In this document: one piece after another, positions 61,301-64,000 of the stretch
How positions within the stretch are numbered: the first letter of the stretch is position 1
How the letters are laid out: each line of letters starts with the position of its first letter
DNA from: Tubiluchus corallicola
Lineage: Eukaryota; Animalia; Priapulida
NCBI GenBank assembly: GCA_030141605.1
Contig: JAQGDQ010000342.1
Coordinates: forward strand, 62,001-126,000
Direction: 5' to 3'
DNA length: 64,000 nt
Translations under genes and position numbers: made by a program
Notes under the pieces: model-generated
Databases searched by the model: none
What the model was told of the DNA's origin: nothing
What the model saw: the letters and a program-made list of their open reading frames with translations, nothing else

Positions 61301-61936
61301 TCGAACTCGATTCGAATCCAAAACTATAGATTCGAGTAATTCAGCACTTCAGTCACACATGTTCTTTATCACTAAAACGATTGAAACATCATGCAATTAG
61401 CATAATTTAGTTGTTATTTCTGCGCACAACTTTAAGCAAATTACTAGTCGTTTTATTGCAGAACAAAATCTAGTGACATGCATGATCTTTGTAAGACTAA
61501 TTTTTACTAGTGGTTCGAAAACTTGTTCGAAAATCATTCAATCTCCATTCGAATTCGGTTCGAATTCGAAACACTGAAGTTCAGTTCGATTCGAAAGTCA
61601 CAAATTCGGTTCAATTCGAATTCGCTTTCTGGTAGAGAATGCCCACCCCTAAAGTCTTTTCGCATATAACTGTGAACTAACACGCTCGCCTCTGCAACAG
61701 GCAAGAAATTATTCGGGGACAGTTACAGCGGCCTGGAGTACGACTACCGGGGACTCCTGAGGCTGTACAGTGCCATCAACAACTTTCAGAAAGCGGAGGA
61801 ATACAGCGTCACCCTGCATCAGTGGAAGCGGTTGAGAGACCAGCACACGGAAACCGACGTGCGTCTCAACGAACTTAAAAGAGAATGTGAGACAGTGGAG
61901 GGCGTAGTTGAACTGTTCTTCAAGCTGGCTTCATGA
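28426..61936 (+). CDS. APPBP2: Amyloid protein-binding protein 2 (TPR protein, CRL2 substrate receptor), 579 aa; exons 28426-28560, 37827-37915, 43662-43813, 45204-45330, 47475-47643, 50084-50241, 52713-52818, 56033-56157, 57488-57573, 58704-58894, 60325-60490, 61701-61936
   Basis: WIPDSLYNT...PENVQFDVYYK|LY..G.LCQLG...|RHLLHHCFQALMDHGV...|GFLSDAGWY...ECCVR|...ASKACVVKREF...|HPKYSD...|RQSVFGGNNIHVA.AHEDLAY...|FGEENVQTAKHYGNLGRLYQSM|EDYEVALSVGHLASLYNYDM|YSGLEYDYRGL. All introns GT-AG; 1740 nt in frame. Confidence 0.96.
30438..30831. mobile_element. MITE family B, internally deleted copy
   Basis: TATAGGTTTTACATGTCAAATGT...ACATTTGACGTGTAAAACCTATA; lacks the central AT-rich spacer present in the other copies. 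Confidence 0.85.
33006..33497 (-). mobile_element. Internally deleted (bipartite) RTE retroelement
   Basis: RTE 5'-UTR-like motif (cagtgccggtcccaagccc...gtcaggaagggcatcc...aaaactgtgcc) joined to ORF end VVRPALIYGLE...MLRWM.G.TRRD.IRN and an (AAG)n tail; 17-bp TSD tagaactgatcattctt (32989-33005, 33498-33514). Confidence 0.8.
33623..33754. repeat. Compound (GA)n/(TA)n/(TC)n microsatellite forming perfect palindromes
   Basis: aggggggcaga(ta)ntctgcccccct, then (ct)n(ta)n(ga)n. Confidence 0.9.
36296..36805. mobile_element. hAT-like MITE; internal segment shared with ~59600-59920
   Basis: CAGGGATGAGA...TCTCATCCCTG TIRs flanked by the direct repeat cagtta. Confidence 0.75.
37250..37745 (+). mobile_element. 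CR1/L2-group LINE 3' end
   Basis: YGKKSFSYCGATLWNELPN...FKR...CKCAIC; aataaa plus a (tatct)n tail. Confidence 0.75.
38575..38985. repeat. Minisatellite, 45-bp unit x ~9, nearly perfect, expanded inside a family D repeat
   Basis: gtgacgtttttggtgcacactcgaatagtatgggattgtgaaaca in tandem. Confidence 0.95.
39863..40613. mobile_element. MITE family B, longest copy, inverted relative to 30438-30831
   Basis: TATAGGTTTTACACGTCAAATGT...ACATTTGACATGTAAAACCTATA. Confidence 0.88.
41244..41600 (+). mobile_element. Solo LTR (same family as 9698-10034)
   Basis: TGTTGTG...CACAAAA; 5-bp TSD atatc (41239-41243, 41601-41605); internal TATATAA and AATAAA. Confidence 0.8.
42006..42252 (+). mobile_element. Retroposon 3' end with (TTGAA)n tail (copy of 24288-24545)
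   Basis: Direct sequence similarity to 24288-24545. Confidence 0.7.
43243..43318. repeat. (TTTC)n microsatellite
   Basis: Perfect tetranucleotide run. Confidence 0.95.
46762..47211 (-). mobile_element. Probable solo LTR, second family (related copy ~57673-58080, +)
   Basis: Both copies start TGTGGAA...TAGGTGCTGCCATCTA...GGTCCAGTGAAT and carry AATAAA; boundaries approximate. Confidence 0.55.
47907..48376. mobile_element. Tigger/pogo-like MITE
   Basis: TA|CAGTGATACCTCGAGTTACGAA...TTCGTAAGTTGAGGTTTCCCTG imperfect TIRs. Confidence 0.65.
48470..49240. repeat. C/A-rich minisatellite, ~56-bp unit
   Basis: ccatcacacctcacc recurs at 48483, 48539, 48595, 48651 and onward. Confidence 0.92.
49829..50078. 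repeat. Minisatellite, 52-bp unit x ~5, running into the APPBP2 exon 6 acceptor
   Basis: agcatgttctgtagtttttgttataatgtcagccattttgtacaatttggac at 49829, 49881, 49933, 49985 and 50036. Confidence 0.92.
50638..52540. repeat. Intronic satellite of mixed 99-bp and 112-bp units, ~18 units
   Basis: gtttgcaaaacaacatgtgttattaaaggcaaaa[yaggcagatgctt]tcatcargcacaacatcaaattttgccc... in tandem. Confidence 0.95.
53296..53673. repeat. Minisatellite, 47-bp unit x 8
   Basis: aatgaaatctcgtattttacgtcattgttcttatgtacattgtgcac. Confidence 0.95.
54108..54830 (-). mobile_element. Decayed CR1/L2-group LINE 3' end
   Basis: PLF...IL...FHMYK...FP..F and FIKFTAPNNWNKI...SFKNYLK fragments; aataaa plus a (ttgaaa)n tail on the minus strand. 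Confidence 0.6.
55504..55936. mobile_element. Tigger/pogo-like MITE
   Basis: TA|CAGTCAACCCTCGTTAAAC...GTTTAACGAGGGTCGACTG|TA. Confidence 0.85.
56480..57207 (-). mobile_element. Probable non-autonomous Helitron
   Basis: Minus-strand 3' end CTAG|T (56480-56483) preceded by hairpin CGCAA-6nt-TTGCG (56493-56508); (TA)n-rich 5' end; GC-richer interior than flanks. Confidence 0.55.
57673..58080 (+). mobile_element. Probable solo LTR, second family
   Basis: Diverged reverse complement of 46762-47211. Confidence 0.5.
58962..59479 (+). mobile_element. Internally deleted pogo-family DNA transposon retaining the transposase C-terminus
   Basis: TA|CCGTATTTTCCC...GGGAAAATACGG|TA; stop-free ORF with TPTGKVRKP...WVLKAW...IIKSFKKCGISNAMDGTED plus an acidic tail (pogo DDE_1 C-terminus). 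Confidence 0.9.
59956..60080. repeat. Minisatellite, ~23-bp unit
   Basis: ataacaatggcacatatgaacat repeated. Confidence 0.9.
61246..61651. mobile_element. hAT-like MITE family A, reverse orientation, last APPBP2 intron
   Basis: TAGGGGTGAGCAT...ATGCCCACCCCTA; reverse complement of the copies at 1153, 2559 and 4331; TSD not clean. Confidence 0.85.
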
Positions 61937-63927
61937 TAGCGTTCCAGACGTTTTTTATTTTTAGTCATTACGAAACAGCATGACGTTGACTTTGCGGTGT
62001 TGCGGTATTTGTGCATGCTTTTGTACAGTAGGTATAAGTTTTTTTACGAAAGTTGTAGCTATATACTTATTTGTTGTGCATCTGAAAAGCAGTAGATATC
62101 AAAGTGCTTAAAATAATACAGTACTCTTGAATAGGATGTTGTTTAAGAACGTGGAACGAGTTACTACAGTTAAAGTAATTAGCACCTCACATTGTAACGC
62201 AGAAGGCGTGTGATGATTGAATACATAATTGTGCAACTCATTCAGGGGTTTAAAAAATCTAAAAATGTTAAGGCAAACCGAAAAAGCAAAATCATAAAAA
62301 TACCTGGTATTTATGTCCCTGTGAATATGTAGACAGTGTAAACACATTTTATTTATCGGTAGAACCGGTTTTAGTCTGTTGTTTTTAACCGCACGTTCAA
62401 AATGTTATCATATATCATACAAAATGTCATATTGACTTGCTCTTTGTGCATAAATACAGCCTGCTATAATTTTGAAAGTTCAAAAATTCTCTTTTAAAAA
62501 TTTCATTGAACTTCAAGTGTTTAATTTGAGTACAAACTGTGCAAACATTTTCACATTTTGGTTAATAATTAATGCTTGGTGATGCTTCGTACGGTAAAAA
62601 GCAAGCGTCATTCTGCTTCTGTTTGCTTTTGTGTACATTGCACTACCAGACTCTTTTAAAATGCCTTACGTACCCATGCAGATCAGATTGTTTTTTTATA
62701 CTTCGTTATTTATAAAATGATTTGCATTATTTACCATTTGCTGTCTTGTAAACCATGTAGTTTCGTGTTTTTGCAGTTTCAGTAGGTACTTTCTCATACC
62801 CCAGTAGGCATAATTATGTCTTTATAGCCTTAAGGTTGCTGTTTTTTCAGTTTGTGTACATTTCTTGTACTTGATAATAGTAGTTGGTATCGGGAGTAAA
62901 TTATTGAGTTGAACAATGGGAATTCTAAAGATTAACCTCAACTTGGTTTTTGCAACTTCAGCAGTCAAACAGTGATAGTTAAGTAATTATGTATACTTAA
63001 TATATGACAATCATCGAGTATGTGAAATGGCGAAATCGTCTTAACCGAAAGCAGTATTTTTAAGATAAATTTCAGCAAACTGATATTGTGAATTTACATC
63101 AGTTGAAAATGTTTTCTGCATTGATGACATTACCAGAAATGTGACTATTAATAAGAAATGTCACTAACGTCGGATAAGTGTAGAGATGTTCAGAGTAACA
63201 CGTCTTCATAGATGCTCAGTTCATTAAACCTAAATTATAGCCGCTGGAATCATTGCTAGAATGATAGCTGTCAGTTGTCTACCTTTATTCATTAGTGAAG
63301 GAAAGTCAGCCATTCACAGTCTGTTACAGTGAGGAATAAGTGATGTACACCTGTATTATTATATGTGATTTTTTTCCCAAAATAAAAAAAGGCCTGTAGA
63401 GTGGCCTGTAACACCTATGTCTGTATTTCGCGAGTGAACAGGAAGTCTTGCGCAGAATTTAATTTGGAAAATTTCGATTTTCAACTGCATTTGGAAGCAG
63501 ATGATAAAATGGTTTTATGTTGTAATAACCGATAGATTTGTGGGATTGTTAAAAGTGTGTTAGAATGCTAGTGATTTATAATTAGATTAGTGAGAACTGT
63601 TTTGTCTCGAGTCATGTTTTTTTATTCTGTTGCTTTGTAAGTTTAGATAAACCCTAAATCTAAGGTTTTGTAGTTGTTAGTGCACATTGAACTTGTACAT
63701 ACAAGCTGTATTTATTGGCCTTCTGCAAGTTATTGAGTTTTTATGTCCAAGTGTCCTTCAGAAAGTTTGCTGTCTGCTTAGTTTTGTTAAAGCAAGCTTC
63801 TTTATAGTCGTTAGTTTTTTTTTCAAATTTGTTAAATTTTGCATTTTTTCTCGCAGATTGTTTTGCTTTAAATATTACACAATTGTATAATGATTGTGAT
63901 TAACATAAATTTGTACCTTAGAAAGAA

Positions 63928-63933
63928 AATAAA
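63928..63933 (+). terminator. Candidate distal poly(A) signal of APPBP2 (another AATAAA at 63381-63386)
   Basis: AATAAA followed by GT-rich sequence, after ~2 kb of 3'UTR-like DNA with no obvious repeats. Confidence 0.4.
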
Positions 63934-64000
63934 AGCTGTTCTGTGTGTTTGCAGCAGTCCTGGTTCTTCAAGTCTGTGGGTCTTAAGTGTACATAATTTT

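Overview
AT-rich, intron- and repeat-rich animal (invertebrate-like) nuclear DNA; the taxon cannot be determined from this sequence. Four spliced genes can be assembled with GT-AG introns and consistent phases. (1) A TATA-driven, signal-peptide-bearing Gly/Tyr-rich structural-type protein (+, 4955-6048, 177 aa). (2) METTL15/RsmH-family mitochondrial rRNA methyltransferase (-, 8999-17793, 5 coding exons, 377 aa). (3) POP5, an RNase P/MRP subunit (-, 17931-25558, 5 exons, 162 aa). (4) APPBP2, a TPR protein (+, 28426-61936, 12 exons, 579 aa). The most striking feature is that the POP5 stop codon lies only 137 nt upstream of the METTL15 ATG on the same strand. That gap has no AATAAA/ATTAAA and contains a 3' splice site with no plausible local donor, suggesting an operon-like (SL trans-spliced) or bicistronic unit. 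METTL15 intron 2 holds a 5S rRNA-headed SINE with RTE-derived body and tail and a 10-bp TSD. Introns carry many MITEs (hAT-, piggyBac-, pogo/Tc1-like), solo LTRs, LINE 3' fragments, a probable Helitron and several minisatellites. Homology calls rest on recalled family motifs, not database searches.
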